In this document: in pieces, positions 27,820 to 37,682 of the stretch
Layout of the letters: every line of letters begins with the position of its first letter
Numbering within the stretch: position 1 is the first letter of the stretch
Source of the DNA: Fibrobacteria bacterium
GTDB lineage: Bacteria > Fibrobacterota > Fibrobacteria > UBA11236 > JADFYW01
Direction of reading: 5' to 3'
DNA length: 64,000 nucleotides
Assembly: GCA_050294405.1 (NCBI GenBank)
Contig: JBNKOC010000029.1
Coordinates: 1-64,000 of the forward strand
Made by a program: the position numbers and the translations under genes
Notes under the pieces: generated by a model
Databases searched by the model: none
What the model was told of the DNA's origin: nothing
What the model saw: the letters and a program-made list of their open reading frames with translations, nothing else

Positions 27820-27895
27820 TGGCTGCTCGAGTAGGGCTCGAACCTACGACCGAGCGGTTAACAGCCGCTTGCTCTACCAACTGAGCTATCGAGCA
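27820..27895 (-). tRNA. tRNA-Asn (GTT) with encoded CCA
   Basis: Reverse complement TGCTCGATAGCTCAGTTGGTAGAGCAAGCGGCTGTTAACCGCTCGGTCGTAGGTTCGAGCCCTACTCGAGCAGCCA folds as a 76-nt cloverleaf. Confidence 0.98.
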
Positions 27896-28177
27896 TCAGC
27901 TGACTCTTCCACAAAATTTTAACCTTGGAAAAAGGCTAAATTTCCGGCATCAAATTTAAGCATTACGAGACAAATTTCAAGGGATTTTAAGGAAGTTTTC
28001 TAAAATTCCCAGCGCTAGCGCGATAAAAATCAGAAGCCCTTTTTGAACCCGGCCAAAAAATAAATAGAGCTAGTAATTTGCCAGTCCAAATGCGATTTTT
28101 AAGAAAATGTGGAAAAATCAATCAATTTTGAATTTTATATATTAATTCCACAAAAATTCCAAAGAAAGGTCGTAAGT

Positions 28178-28588
28178 ATGAATTATAAAAATGTGCTCAT
28201 CGCTTTCGCGCAACTGGAGAAAGACGTGCCCCTCATTCAAAAGGGTTTGGATATCGCTCAAAAATATTCAGGGAGCGCTACCGTGATTCATATTAACACG
28301 GAGATGGCGGGAAAACCCAGCCCCATTCGTGGACCTTTCGAGCACAAATGCACGGAAGAGGAAATTAAAGATGTTATTGCTAAAAATAATCCCGGAAATG
28401 TGCCCACTCAAATATTAATCAAAACCAGCAATAACATTATTTCTGAAATTACAAAAGTTTCTCAGAATTTTGACCTTTTGGTAATCGGTCATGAACATAT
28501 GAATTTTTTGGTTTCAGCCATTTCCGACTCCATTGATGAACATATTGTAAACCAGGTCCATTGCGACAGTCTGGTGGTGCAAATTTAA
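28178..28588 (+). CDS. Universal stress protein (UspA family)
   Basis: YKNVLIAF, VIHI, DLLVIGH...S...IV....CD.LVV. Confidence 0.85.
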   Translation: MNYKNVLIAFAQLEKDVPLIQKGLDIAQKYSGSATVIHINTEMAGKPSPIRGPFEHKCTEEEIKDVIAKNNPGNVPTQILIKTSNNIISEITKVSQNFDLLVIGHEHMNFLVSAISDSIDEHIVNQVHCDSLVVQI

Positions 28589-28601
28589 GACTTTTGCAGC
28601 C

Positions 28602-29198
28602 TTGAAAGCCAGTGGCCCTGTTATGGGTGGAAAATTGCCTCAGAAATATTACAAGTGGATTGCAGTTGGATGTTGCTTTTTAATCCTTTCCGTATTTTTA
28701 ATTGCCCGAAAAAACAAAAGGGAGCCGGATAAGGTTCAAGGCATTAGCAAAGCTCAGTTGCAGGAAATAATCAAACCCCTGCATGAAAATATATATCGGG
28801 CTTTTGAGCAGCAAAATCCTTCCAAAGCCTATGATATGTTAGCTCTCAGTTTGGATGGCCCCATGCTGGAGCATGTTTTTCAAGAGGTTTACAGTTACTA
28901 TCTGGATAAAGACAAAGGCGGCCCCAGCGTGGAAATCGCCGGAGTTAAAATTAAAAATTTGCAGCTTCTTCCTTCTTCTTCATACGGGCTATCAAAATCC
29001 GCCACTATTGATTTTATCTGTTCCTGGGATGTACTGAGTATTGTCACTCATTACCAACATTGGCATCCCCGAAGCAATAATTTTAAAGGCCGCTTTCAGT
29101 TAAAAAATGTGGATGGAGCTTGGAAATTGGTGCAAGACGAAATTTTATGGCAACAGAGAATTAAAGTGGATTTACAGTCTTACAAGGAAAGCTCATGA
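28602..29198 (+). CDS. Membrane-anchored hypothetical protein with His motif
   Basis: Single TM segment; NIYRAF, YD.LA.S, HYQHWHPR; coupled to the ABC ATPase. Confidence 0.7.
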   Translation: MKASGPVMGGKLPQKYYKWIAVGCCFLILSVFLIARKNKREPDKVQGISKAQLQEIIKPLHENIYRAFEQQNPSKAYDMLALSLDGPMLEHVFQEVYSYYLDKDKGGPSVEIAGVKIKNLQLLPSSSYGLSKSATIDFICSWDVLSIVTHYQHWHPRSNNFKGRFQLKNVDGAWKLVQDEILWQQRIKVDLQSYKESS

Positions 29199-29863
29199 TT
29201 GAAATAAAGAATTTGCTTTTCCAATACGGTCAAAGCGGTTTTTCCCTTAACATTGAAAAGCTTCAAATTAAGCAGGGTGAAAGCCTGGCCTTTGTGGGAC
29301 CCAGCGGTTGTGGAAAAACCACCTTATTAAATTTAATAAGTGGTATTTTTTTACCCCACAAAGGTGAAATTAAAACCCTGGACAAATCCATTGCCAATAT
29401 GGGGGAAAACGAAAGACGGGAATGGAGGCTCCATAACATTGGAATGATTTTTCAGCAATTCGAACTATTAGATTATTTGAAAGCTAAAGACAACATACGT
29501 CTCCCCCATATTATTTCCAAATCCGGAAAGAAACCAAGCAGCGAAAAAATTTTAGAGTTAGCAAAATCCATGGGAGTGGAAAAACTTTTAAACCGATACC
29601 CCCATCAACTCTCACAGGGGGAAAAACAGAGAATTGCCATTGCCAGAGCCTTGATGTACGAACCATCCCTTTTGCTGGCAGACGAACCCACGGGTAATTT
29701 AGACCCGGAACGAGCCCATTCTATTGTGGATTTGCTTTTAGAAAAAGCAAATGGTTTAAAATCCACTTTAGTGGTGGTTACCCATGACCACAGCATTTTA
29801 AATAAGTTCAAAAGAGTGGTGGACTTTAAAACTCTTTTGGTGAAAGAGGCCATACATGGGTAA
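29195..29863 (+). CDS. ABC transporter ATP-binding protein (LolD/MacB-like)
   Basis: GPSGCGKTT, LSQGEKQR, LLADEPTGNLD, VTHD. Confidence 0.95.
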   Translation: MIEIKNLLFQYGQSGFSLNIEKLQIKQGESLAFVGPSGCGKTTLLNLISGIFLPHKGEIKTLDKSIANMGENERREWRLHNIGMIFQQFELLDYLKAKDNIRLPHIISKSGKKPSSEKILELAKSMGVEKLLNRYPHQLSQGEKQRIAIARALMYEPSLLLADEPTGNLDPERAHSIVDLLLEKANGLKSTLVVVTHDHSILNKFKRVVDFKTLLVKEAIHG

Positions 29864-31073
29864 ACTTTGGCTGGCCTGGCACTATTTGCTTTTTAACTAT
29901 GGAAAATCCATAACCATCATACTCAGCTTTAGCGTTATTTTCACCTTGCCTTTAAGCATTAATAAGCTGGTGGCAAAGTACAATCAAATCTTACGGGAAA
30001 GGGCTGAGGCCACGCCCCTATTAATGGGAACCAGGGGAAACCGATATGATTTGGTATTAAAATCCCTTTACTTTTATACGGATTACAAAGAGCACATTAA
30101 CATGGCGGATTACCAGCAACTGCTGGATTCCAATTGGGGGGAACCTGTTCCCATACATGTTAAATACCAGGTGCAAAAATTCCATGAGACCTCCAGTGTA
30201 GCCCAGACAGGCCACCAGGCTCCTTTAATTGGAACCCAGCTCAATTATTTTGAACGCAACCAACTACCCGTTGCCAAAGGCAGCTACCCTTTGTTTTTGG
30301 GAGAAGTAGTGGTGGGCGCGGAATTAGCTGAAGCATTAGGGCTCGATACAAACAGCTATTTGCTAACCTCCCCCACCAGCTCCTACAACCAGGCCCAGAG
30401 TTTCCAATTAAAAATGCCAGTAGTGGGGATTTTAAAGGCCAATGGCAGCCCCGATGATATGGCCGCTTTTGTGGATTTAAAAACAGCTTGGGTCATAGAT
30501 GGTATTGGACACGGTCACGAGGATGTGCTTTCCATGGAAGACTCCAGTATGTTAAATAAAGATTTGAGCAGCGATAGCAATTTGGTAACCACCGCTCAAA
30601 TAGTCCAATATCAGGAAATTACAGGCAAAAACAGGGCGGGTTTTCACTTCCACGGCAACATGGAAAAATACCCCATAAGTTCTGTGGTATTTTATCCCAA
30701 GGATAAAAAGTCCAAATTAATGTCCTTAGCTTTTTACAACCATCAGGAATCCAGGATGTTAATATCTCCCTTACAGGTGATGGACGAACTGATGGGTTTT
30801 GTTTTTAAAATACGCCAGTTTATTAATGCCAATTACTTGATAATATACGCAGTGGTGGCTATGTTAATCGTGCTGATATTTTTTCTTTCCGTGGAATTGC
30901 GGGAGAATGAATTCGCGGCTATGGCCCGTATGGGGGGCTCTCGAAAAACAGTGGCAGCACTAATATTTTGGGAAATATTTTTGCTGCTCAGTGTAAGCCT
31001 GGTGTTGTCCGTTTTATTCAGTCTGGTTCTATCGGCTTTAACACCCTGGCTTTTGTCTCAATTTTTTATCTAG
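29856..31073 (+). CDS. FtsX/MacB-type ABC permease with His-rich periplasmic insert
   Basis: One N-terminal TM, large periplasmic domain (GIGHGHED, FHFHG), C-terminal R.NEF..M..MG and TMs. Confidence 0.85.
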   Translation: MGKLWLAWHYLLFNYGKSITIILSFSVIFTLPLSINKLVAKYNQILRERAEATPLLMGTRGNRYDLVLKSLYFYTDYKEHINMADYQQLLDSNWGEPVPIHVKYQVQKFHETSSVAQTGHQAPLIGTQLNYFERNQLPVAKGSYPLFLGEVVVGAELAEALGLDTNSYLLTSPTSSYNQAQSFQLKMPVVGILKANGSPDDMAAFVDLKTAWVIDGIGHGHEDVLSMEDSSMLNKDLSSDSNLVTTAQIVQYQEITGKNRAGFHFHGNMEKYPISSVVFYPKDKKSKLMSLAFYNHQESRMLISPLQVMDELMGFVFKIRQFINANYLIIYAVVAMLIVLIFFLSVELRENEFAAMARMGGSRKTVAALIFWEIFLLLSVSLVLSVLFSLVLSALTPWLLSQFFI

Positions 31074-31086
31074 GGGGGAAAACAAT

Positions 31087-31971
31087 ATGAAATTTTTAAT
31101 GCTGATATCACTACTATTTTCCCTTTCCGTGGGAAAAGTTTTGGATGTATATGTAAGTTTTTATCCCCTGGAATATTTTACCCAGAAAATTGCAGGTAGC
31201 CTGGCCAACGTAACAAACCCTGTGGAAGAAGGAAGTGATCCAGCCTTTTGGCAACCTTCCAGGGAACAAATGATAAACATGCAAAAAGCCGATTTACTCA
31301 TATTAAACGGAGCAGAATTTGAAAAGTGGGCCACTGTGGTAAACCTGCCCGAGTCCAAACTGCTACGCAGCGCAAATGGATTTAAAAAAAATTGGATAAA
31401 GTACGAGAATGCGGTAACCCACAGCCACGGAGGAGGAACGGAGCACAGCCATGAGGGTGTTGATGGCCATACCTGGCTTAGCCCCGAGAACGCACAGGCT
31501 CAAAGCAAAGCAATTTTAAATGCCTTAACAAAACTTTTGCCCGCAGAAAAAGCAACCCTGGAAAAAAATTATTCCGTACTGGAAGCTGAGCTAAAAAAAT
31601 TGGATAAAGGTTGGAAAGAGCTTAACCTAAGTGAAAAATTAGGACATGTTCTAATGTCTCACCCCGCTTACAACTATCTTGGAAAAAGCTACGGCTGGAA
31701 ATTCAGCAATCTGGATTTAGACCCGGAATCCATGCCCGGCCCAAAAAGCCTGGATAAAATTAAAAGGTTAGTAGATACAACAAAGGCTAAATATTTGATT
31801 TGGGAAGCCGCCCCTAAAAAAGAAATTAGCGAAAAATTGAAAAAAGATTTTGGTTTAACCAGCCTTGTTATAAGCCCCGGGGAATCTCTCTCAGAGGAAG
31901 ATAAGAAAAAGGGTCTTGATTACATAAGCATAATGGAAAACAACATCAAAGGAATTTCCAGCCTTAAATAG
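31087..31971 (+). CDS. Metal-binding protein, ZnuA/TroA (cluster A-I) family
   Basis: SFYPL, ADLLILNG..FE, HSHGGGTEHSHEG.DGHTWLSP, HPAYNY. Confidence 0.9.
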   Translation: MKFLMLISLLFSLSVGKVLDVYVSFYPLEYFTQKIAGSLANVTNPVEEGSDPAFWQPSREQMINMQKADLLILNGAEFEKWATVVNLPESKLLRSANGFKKNWIKYENAVTHSHGGGTEHSHEGVDGHTWLSPENAQAQSKAILNALTKLLPAEKATLEKNYSVLEAELKKLDKGWKELNLSEKLGHVLMSHPAYNYLGKSYGWKFSNLDLDPESMPGPKSLDKIKRLVDTTKAKYLIWEAAPKKEISEKLKKDFGLTSLVISPGESLSEEDKKKGLDYISIMENNIKGISSLK

Positions 31972-31980
31972 GATTTCTTC

Positions 31981-33159
31981 ATGAGTCCAAAAACAGCTGC
32001 TGTTTTATCGGGAGGTGGAGCCCGCGGGGCTTACGAGGCAGGGGTTTGGCATTACATCCGGGAATACATCCCTGAATCTTTCGGAAAAATAAAAATTTAT
32101 TGCGGAAGCTCTGTGGGAGCCATTAATGCGGCGGTGCTCGCCGCCTACGCCCATGACGATGCGCTCCAAGGTAATGTATTACATAAACTTTGGATGGGAA
32201 TGGAATCCACCGATGTTTATAAAGTGGACCCCAAAATCCCTGTGTTATTCGGCTTAAAATATTTGAGCTATGTTGTTTTAAACCAATTTCGCAAACAGGA
32301 AAAACAGGCTCCTTTATTCAACGGTGTGGTCAATGTGGATGGGCTTATTCCCTTTTTAAAAAGAAGTATTCCCTTTGCTAACATCCGAAAGAATTTGGCT
32401 GAGGGCCATGTGGAAGCCCTTTCGGTGGTGGCCACCAACCTGCTTAACGGAAAACCGGAAATTTTTCTTCATAAATCCCCTATGCTCGAATATTTTGGAA
32501 AAAACTTTACTCACATTCAAAGCATATATTTAAAGCATATTTTAGCCTCTTCTGCCCTGCCGATTCTATTTCCCCCCGTATACATGAACAATGCCATATA
32601 TGCCGATGGAAGCATGAGGATGAGCACGCCCATTGCCCCTGCCCTTTATCTCAATGCCGATAAGGTTTTGATTATTCATACCCGTTCCAGGGAATTTAGC
32701 AGCCCCAGACTGCGCAGCCGCAGTTTTAAGCAGACCGGTTTGGGAATAATATTGGGTAAACTTTTAAACTCGGTTTTTTTGGATAAACTGGACGGCGACC
32801 TGGCCCATCTGGAAAAAATCAACCAGCTGCTTAAAGCGGGAGAAGATATATATGGCAAAGATTTTATATCCAGTTTAAACGATAATATAAAGCCCACTAA
32901 GCCTTTAAAAAACATCGAGACTTTAATGATTCGCCCTTCTATTAGGCTCAGCGATGTATTGGCCCGCAGCTATCCTTTTAGCAAGCCCAAAAAGTTTGCA
33001 GGTATTTTTCCCAGTATTGCCACCAATAACTCTGAAGAATCCACAGAGCTTTTGAGCTACATGCATTTCGGGAAAAAATACATTGAGGCCTTACTGGAGC
33101 TGGGGTATGAGGATGCCAAAAACCAGAGGGAAGCGTTGAAAGCGTTTTTTAAGGAATAA
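31981..33159 (+). CDS. Patatin-like phospholipase
   Basis: LSGGGARGAY, GSSVG, ASSALP, DG motif. Confidence 0.92.
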   Translation: MSPKTAAVLSGGGARGAYEAGVWHYIREYIPESFGKIKIYCGSSVGAINAAVLAAYAHDDALQGNVLHKLWMGMESTDVYKVDPKIPVLFGLKYLSYVVLNQFRKQEKQAPLFNGVVNVDGLIPFLKRSIPFANIRKNLAEGHVEALSVVATNLLNGKPEIFLHKSPMLEYFGKNFTHIQSIYLKHILASSALPILFPPVYMNNAIYADGSMRMSTPIAPALYLNADKVLIIHTRSREFSSPRLRSRSFKQTGLGIILGKLLNSVFLDKLDGDLAHLEKINQLLKAGEDIYGKDFISSLNDNIKPTKPLKNIETLMIRPSIRLSDVLARSYPFSKPKKFAGIFPSIATNNSEESTELLSYMHFGKKYIEALLELGYEDAKNQREALKAFFKE

Positions 33160-34372
33160 ACACTTTTTGATTCACTTTTTCCTTTAGCCATTGGTATTCT
33201 AAAAAATAAACACCGGCTTTAATTTTTTGAGGAACTTCTATGTTAGAAGCAGCACTCACAACTTCTTTCCAAATTAGTTTTCCTTGTAGGTTCTTCATTT
33301 TAATGTTTATAGTTGGGCCGAAATTCTGCTTCAATTGAATTCTTCGGCCAGTGCGTTGTATATTGTTTAATGTGAACTTCTCATAACCTTCTTCACCTAG
33401 ACTAACATTTTCTCCACAACTCCCATCATCCACCTTGGCTTGGGGATCGTAATTACTATCTAATGGGTTGGTGCAACCATTTTGATAGTCCCCTGCCGCG
33501 TATCGCAAATTTTCCCAATACATATCCAGAAAAAATCTTTTCAAATTGGAATTCAGCAGATAGGTTCTGCTGTTTAAAATACCACCAGGGTTATAAGTAG
33601 GAGGAACAATATTATGACCAATGGAGTTAAAAAGAAGTCGCCCTTCCCCCACTTCTTCAGAATTCTGTCTTGCCCATATATAATCATCACTTCCGTCATC
33701 ATTCTTACGAACATAACGAGACTCTCCCCTAGAAGTAGCAATAATGGTAATTCCAGGCAAGGAGCGTACCCCAGTATTATAAGATTGCCATTGGTCATTT
33801 AATGCCAACACATTGGGCATATCCTCCACCATCCATTTGAGTTCCTTATGATTAAGGGCTTCAATATCCCTTACAACCTCCCCAGGTCCATTCAAGTGTG
33901 CGGCAAAACCTGTTCCCATAAGATTACCTAACTCAGGCCAGGAATATTCATGATCTCCCGCTCCGTGGATTAAAAGCCAGCCACCACCCTGCCTTAAATA
34001 TTGCAACAAAGCCTCTCGTGAGGAAGAATGGGGAACCGATCCGCCTCCGTTGGTATTATTGTTCCAAACAAGGACCTGAAATTGTTGTAAGAAATCTAAA
34101 GTAAACTCCGTAGCTGTGTCTACAGATGTAAGCTCAAAGTTTTTTTCCAGAGCCATTGTTTTAAAAATTCCTTTTATAGTATCTATTCCAGCGCCATGAT
34201 GCCAGCCTGCATCAAAATTGTAAATCAAAACTTTTTTAACTTTGCTTAAATGTTCTGGGGGCTTTGTTTGGGAATGAATTTGTTGGAAAATAGAAATGGT
34301 GCAAAATAAGATCAGGGCGAGGCGAACTAATTTAAAAATCTGAAGCGGCATTTTAGGTTTTGTCTTTTCCAT
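33149..34372 (-). CDS. Secreted ThuA-like domain protein with Cys motif and C-terminal sorting-like domain
   Basis: GWHH, GGGWLLIHGA, GRLLFNSIGH; GCT..SNYDPQA.VDDGSC; terminal AGVYFL. Confidence 0.8.
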   Translation of the reverse strand: MEKTKPKMPLQIFKLVRLALILFCTISIFQQIHSQTKPPEHLSKVKKVLIYNFDAGWHHGAGIDTIKGIFKTMALEKNFELTSVDTATEFTLDFLQQFQVLVWNNNTNGGGSVPHSSSREALLQYLRQGGGWLLIHGAGDHEYSWPELGNLMGTGFAAHLNGPGEVVRDIEALNHKELKWMVEDMPNVLALNDQWQSYNTGVRSLPGITIIATSRGESRYVRKNDDGSDDYIWARQNSEEVGEGRLLFNSIGHNIVPPTYNPGGILNSRTYLLNSNLKRFFLDMYWENLRYAAGDYQNGCTNPLDSNYDPQAKVDDGSCGENVSLGEEGYEKFTLNNIQRTGRRIQLKQNFGPTINIKMKNLQGKLIWKEVVSAASNIEVPQKIKAGVYFLEYQWLKEKVNQKVFIP

Positions 34373-34542
34373 TTTGATTCCGAGTTAAAAAACTGAAGTA
34401 GCATCCAGTTATAATTGAATATACAAAGCAAAGCGGATTTGAAGTTATTGTTTTTAAATCCTTTTTTGGGTAATCCCACATAGCCACCTTAAAAGCTGCG
34501 GAACATTATGTTATTTTTGAAATTTAACCTGATTTTGGCAAA

Positions 34543-35331
34543 ATGAATTTTAAAGATCTCAGCCTAAAAACCCAATTTTCAGAAACCACAGCCTCCCGGC
34601 TTAGTTTTGGCCAACTGGAAATTTTCAGTTACCCTTCCGAAGGAGAGTACCAAATTGAATGGACTCACACTTCCTCTTTAAACCCATTTTATTTAGGAGA
34701 AGAGGTTCCCGAATCCAAAGTGCCAAATGGAGCTAATCGTTTGATATTAGGCAATAAGAAGGAAACTTTAAAATTCCAAATCGCTTTGCCAGACAGGCCC
34801 GTGGTTTTAAAATCTGCTAAACCTATAAAAATACCATCTAAGGGACGCAGCCAATTGTATGTATTTATCCCCTGCTTTATTCAGCTTTTGGGAAAATCTC
34901 ATTTTAAATCGGTCTTTTTTGAGAAGGCTTCCCTTCCTCTGCACCAAACCTGGCTGGGCGATATGGAAACAGGTTCTCTGGGATATTATTTAAATAGCTC
35001 TTTTTATTTAGAGCCGGAAAATCTGGAAAATAAATACCACTTAGCCCTTTGCGCGCTCAACATTCACAACAGTTCCAAGGTAGATTTGGAGTTTGACAAG
35101 TTGGCTTTGCCCGTTCCTCAAATGCAGCTTTTTCAGGGAAGTAAATCCTTTTATACCAATGAAATTTTAGTGGAATATGAAGCTGAATTGGATGGAATAG
35201 AAGTAAAGCTCAAAAAATTTCCTCCTGATTTGGAAGAGGGAATAACATCATTACGCCCTCCCCGGGAAACTCAGGAATCTGGAATATTTAAAAACACCTG
35301 GGATGTTTTCTACAAAATTGCGAAAGCCTAG
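34543..35331 (+). CDS. DUF432-like hypothetical protein
   Basis: LPDRPVV, L..TWLG....G.LGY; typical partner of MscS. Confidence 0.55.
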   Translation: MNFKDLSLKTQFSETTASRLSFGQLEIFSYPSEGEYQIEWTHTSSLNPFYLGEEVPESKVPNGANRLILGNKKETLKFQIALPDRPVVLKSAKPIKIPSKGRSQLYVFIPCFIQLLGKSHFKSVFFEKASLPLHQTWLGDMETGSLGYYLNSSFYLEPENLENKYHLALCALNIHNSSKVDLEFDKLALPVPQMQLFQGSKSFYTNEILVEYEAELDGIEVKLKKFPPDLEEGITSLRPPRETQESGIFKNTWDVFYKIAKA

Positions 35332-35333
35332 TT

Positions 35334-36149
35334 ATGCTAAATGACCTTCTAAACCAACATTCTTTAAAAATCATTCGAATTGCCGCGCTGGTTGCCGGGG
35401 TGGTGGTGATGCTTGCAGTGAGCAAGATTATCGGTACCGTAACAACAAAAAGAGTTTCTCCTCAGGCAGGAATGTTAGCTCAAAAATTTTCTTTTTACAG
35501 TTCCCTAGCCATAATCTTCACCATGATTCTCAACGAATTTGGCTTTAAATTAAATTCCCTGTTGGGAGCCGCCGGAGTGGCTGGAGTAGCCATTGGTTTC
35601 GCATCTCAAACCAGCTTATCCAATTTGATTAGCGGGCTGTTTTTAATTGGGGAAAAAGCCTTTAAGGTTAACGATGTTATTAAGTGCGGAGATACATTGG
35701 GAATTGTTCTTTCCATAGATTTGCTCTCTGTTAAAATCAAAACCTTTGACAATCAGTTTGTGCGCATACCCAATGAGACTCTTATAAAATCCACCCTGAT
35801 TAACATCACCCGTTTTCCCATTCGTAGGATGGATATTGATGTGGGGGTTTCCTATAAAGATGACTTAAACAAGGTTATATCTGTTTTAAAAGAAGTGGCC
35901 GCAAAAAATGAAATCGCTTTGAGAGAACCCGAACCTCTGGTCGTTATAAAAGGGTTTGCGGATTCCTCTATAGATTTATTGTTGGGGGTTTGGTTTTCTA
36001 AAACGGATTTTTTGGCATTAAAAAATTCCATTATCCCTCAAATTAAAGCCGCCTTTGACGAAAACGGCATTGAAATACCCTTTCCCCAAAGAAGCTTGCA
36101 CATACACGACCCCAGCAGTCTAAAAACCACTACTCAATCTCTTGGATAG
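35334..36149 (+). CDS. MscS-family mechanosensitive channel
   Basis: GAAGVAGVAIGFASQTSLSNLISG, IPN, GVSY, GIEIPFPQ. Confidence 0.95.
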   Translation: MLNDLLNQHSLKIIRIAALVAGVVVMLAVSKIIGTVTTKRVSPQAGMLAQKFSFYSSLAIIFTMILNEFGFKLNSLLGAAGVAGVAIGFASQTSLSNLISGLFLIGEKAFKVNDVIKCGDTLGIVLSIDLLSVKIKTFDNQFVRIPNETLIKSTLINITRFPIRRMDIDVGVSYKDDLNKVISVLKEVAAKNEIALREPEPLVVIKGFADSSIDLLLGVWFSKTDFLALKNSIIPQIKAAFDENGIEIPFPQRSLHIHDPSSLKTTTQSLG

Positions 36150-36397
36150 ATTTTTATCTTTTACCGCGATTTGGAAGGCAAAAACCTTACTAATTTTGAA
36201 TTTGTACACATTTTGTAAAAATATTTAAAGTATTTTCTGAATGAAGGGTCTGGAGATTTTCTCAAATCACTCAAATATTTGATTATTTAAGGATTTTTAG
36301 CCAGTTATAAAACTCAACAACAATTAACATGTACACAAAATTTTAATATTTTTTGTTTTTGATTTTTAATTATATTGATGTTTAAGGGGATTAAACT

Positions 36398-37630
36398 ATG
36401 AAGAACACATATTTATTGGCTTTTGCCTTTTTATTTGTCCTGGAGGGGTTTTCTCAACAGTCAGTGGTAGATTTGCCGGCACCTGATAGCGAAGGCTGGA
36501 TCTCACTTTGGAGAGGCGACAACCCAGAGGATTTTTATACTTTTTATTCGGGAAACGGACCTCTAAAAGACCACGCCCAGAATTTTCCCGATAATACCTT
36601 CCGTTTTGAGGGCGATGTTATCAAAGTAACAGGCAGCCCTACAGGACACCTGATACACAAACAATCCTTCTCCCATTACCGAATCAGCTACCAAATGCGC
36701 TTTCCCGGAAACCTGGGAAATTGTGGTATGCTGCTGCATATTCAGGAAGATGATCCAGCCATGTGGGGGCAGTTCCCCCGCTCTCTGGAATCTCAGGGCG
36801 ACCCCAATCAGGGTTTGGGTCAATTGTGGTGCATTGGAGATGTGTGGGTTAGCGTGCGGGTTGTTAATAACAATACCATCCGTTGGGACCCCAACGGGGA
36901 GTTAATCACATACGGAGCCCGCACCACCAACAACAGAGTTATCGAAGGAAAAGACGGTTGGGCCCAGCCAAAACCCCCGCAGCTCCAGACCGGGGAATGG
37001 ATAACCCAGGAAGCCGAAGTCCACGGCAATGACAGTATTATGCATTATGTGGAAGGCGATTTGGTCATAAAATATTACGAACCGCGGGTAGCACCGGCCA
37101 ACGCACCCGATAATGTGCAAAAATACTTAGAAGCCGGGCAGCTTGCCTGGCAATCCGAAGGAACCGCCGTGGAATACCAAAACATAAAAATTAAACTGCT
37201 CCCCGAAGATCCCTTATATTCTTCCCTGTACAACACAGAAGGCTGTACCGACACTACTGCCCTTAATTACAACGCGGAAGCCATAAGCTCCTGCGAGGAT
37301 TGTTGCGTGTATGCCTGTTGCAATAAGCAAGAATACATAGACTATGACGCTAGCTGCGAAGAAGCCAATTATCGGGAAGAGGCTTGTGTCACCCTGGGCA
37401 TACAGGAAATTTTCGGCAAAAAACCCATAGAACTTAATAACTCCAACCTCAAAATTAATTTAAGCGGTTCTTATCAATTAGATGTTAAGGATTTAAGTGG
37501 CAGCGTGTTAATAAGTCAAAAGCACAAATCGGCCACAGAAATTTCTCTTGCCCAGCTAAACAAAGGCATATACATCGTGCAACTTCACCAGGGCGGGAAA
37601 ACCTTCACCAAGCAAATAAATCTTTTTTAA
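36398..37630 (+). CDS. Secreted DUF1080 (3-keto-disaccharide hydrolase) domain protein with C-terminal sorting-like domain
   Basis: GWISLW.G, GNCG.L.H, GEW, WQSEG..VEYQNIKIK; terminal GIYIVQL. Confidence 0.8.
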   Translation: MKNTYLLAFAFLFVLEGFSQQSVVDLPAPDSEGWISLWRGDNPEDFYTFYSGNGPLKDHAQNFPDNTFRFEGDVIKVTGSPTGHLIHKQSFSHYRISYQMRFPGNLGNCGMLLHIQEDDPAMWGQFPRSLESQGDPNQGLGQLWCIGDVWVSVRVVNNNTIRWDPNGELITYGARTTNNRVIEGKDGWAQPKPPQLQTGEWITQEAEVHGNDSIMHYVEGDLVIKYYEPRVAPANAPDNVQKYLEAGQLAWQSEGTAVEYQNIKIKLLPEDPLYSSLYNTEGCTDTTALNYNAEAISSCEDCCVYACCNKQEYIDYDASCEEANYREEACVTLGIQEIFGKKPIELNNSNLKINLSGSYQLDVKDLSGSVLISQKHKSATEISLAQLNKGIYIVQLHQGGKTFTKQINLF

Positions 37631-37650
37631 GAGTTCTTCAAAATCCGCTA

Positions 37651-37682
37651 AGGGAGCCTTCTTTGCAAGGCTCTTTTTTTTT
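37651..37682 (+). terminator. Rho-independent terminator
   Basis: GAGCCTT-loop-AAGGCTC + T-run. Confidence 0.8.

Noticed and set aside
36203..36337. TGTACACA twice upstream of the DUF1080 gene
   Set aside because: Plausible operator, but an 8-mer in AT-rich DNA is too weak to support
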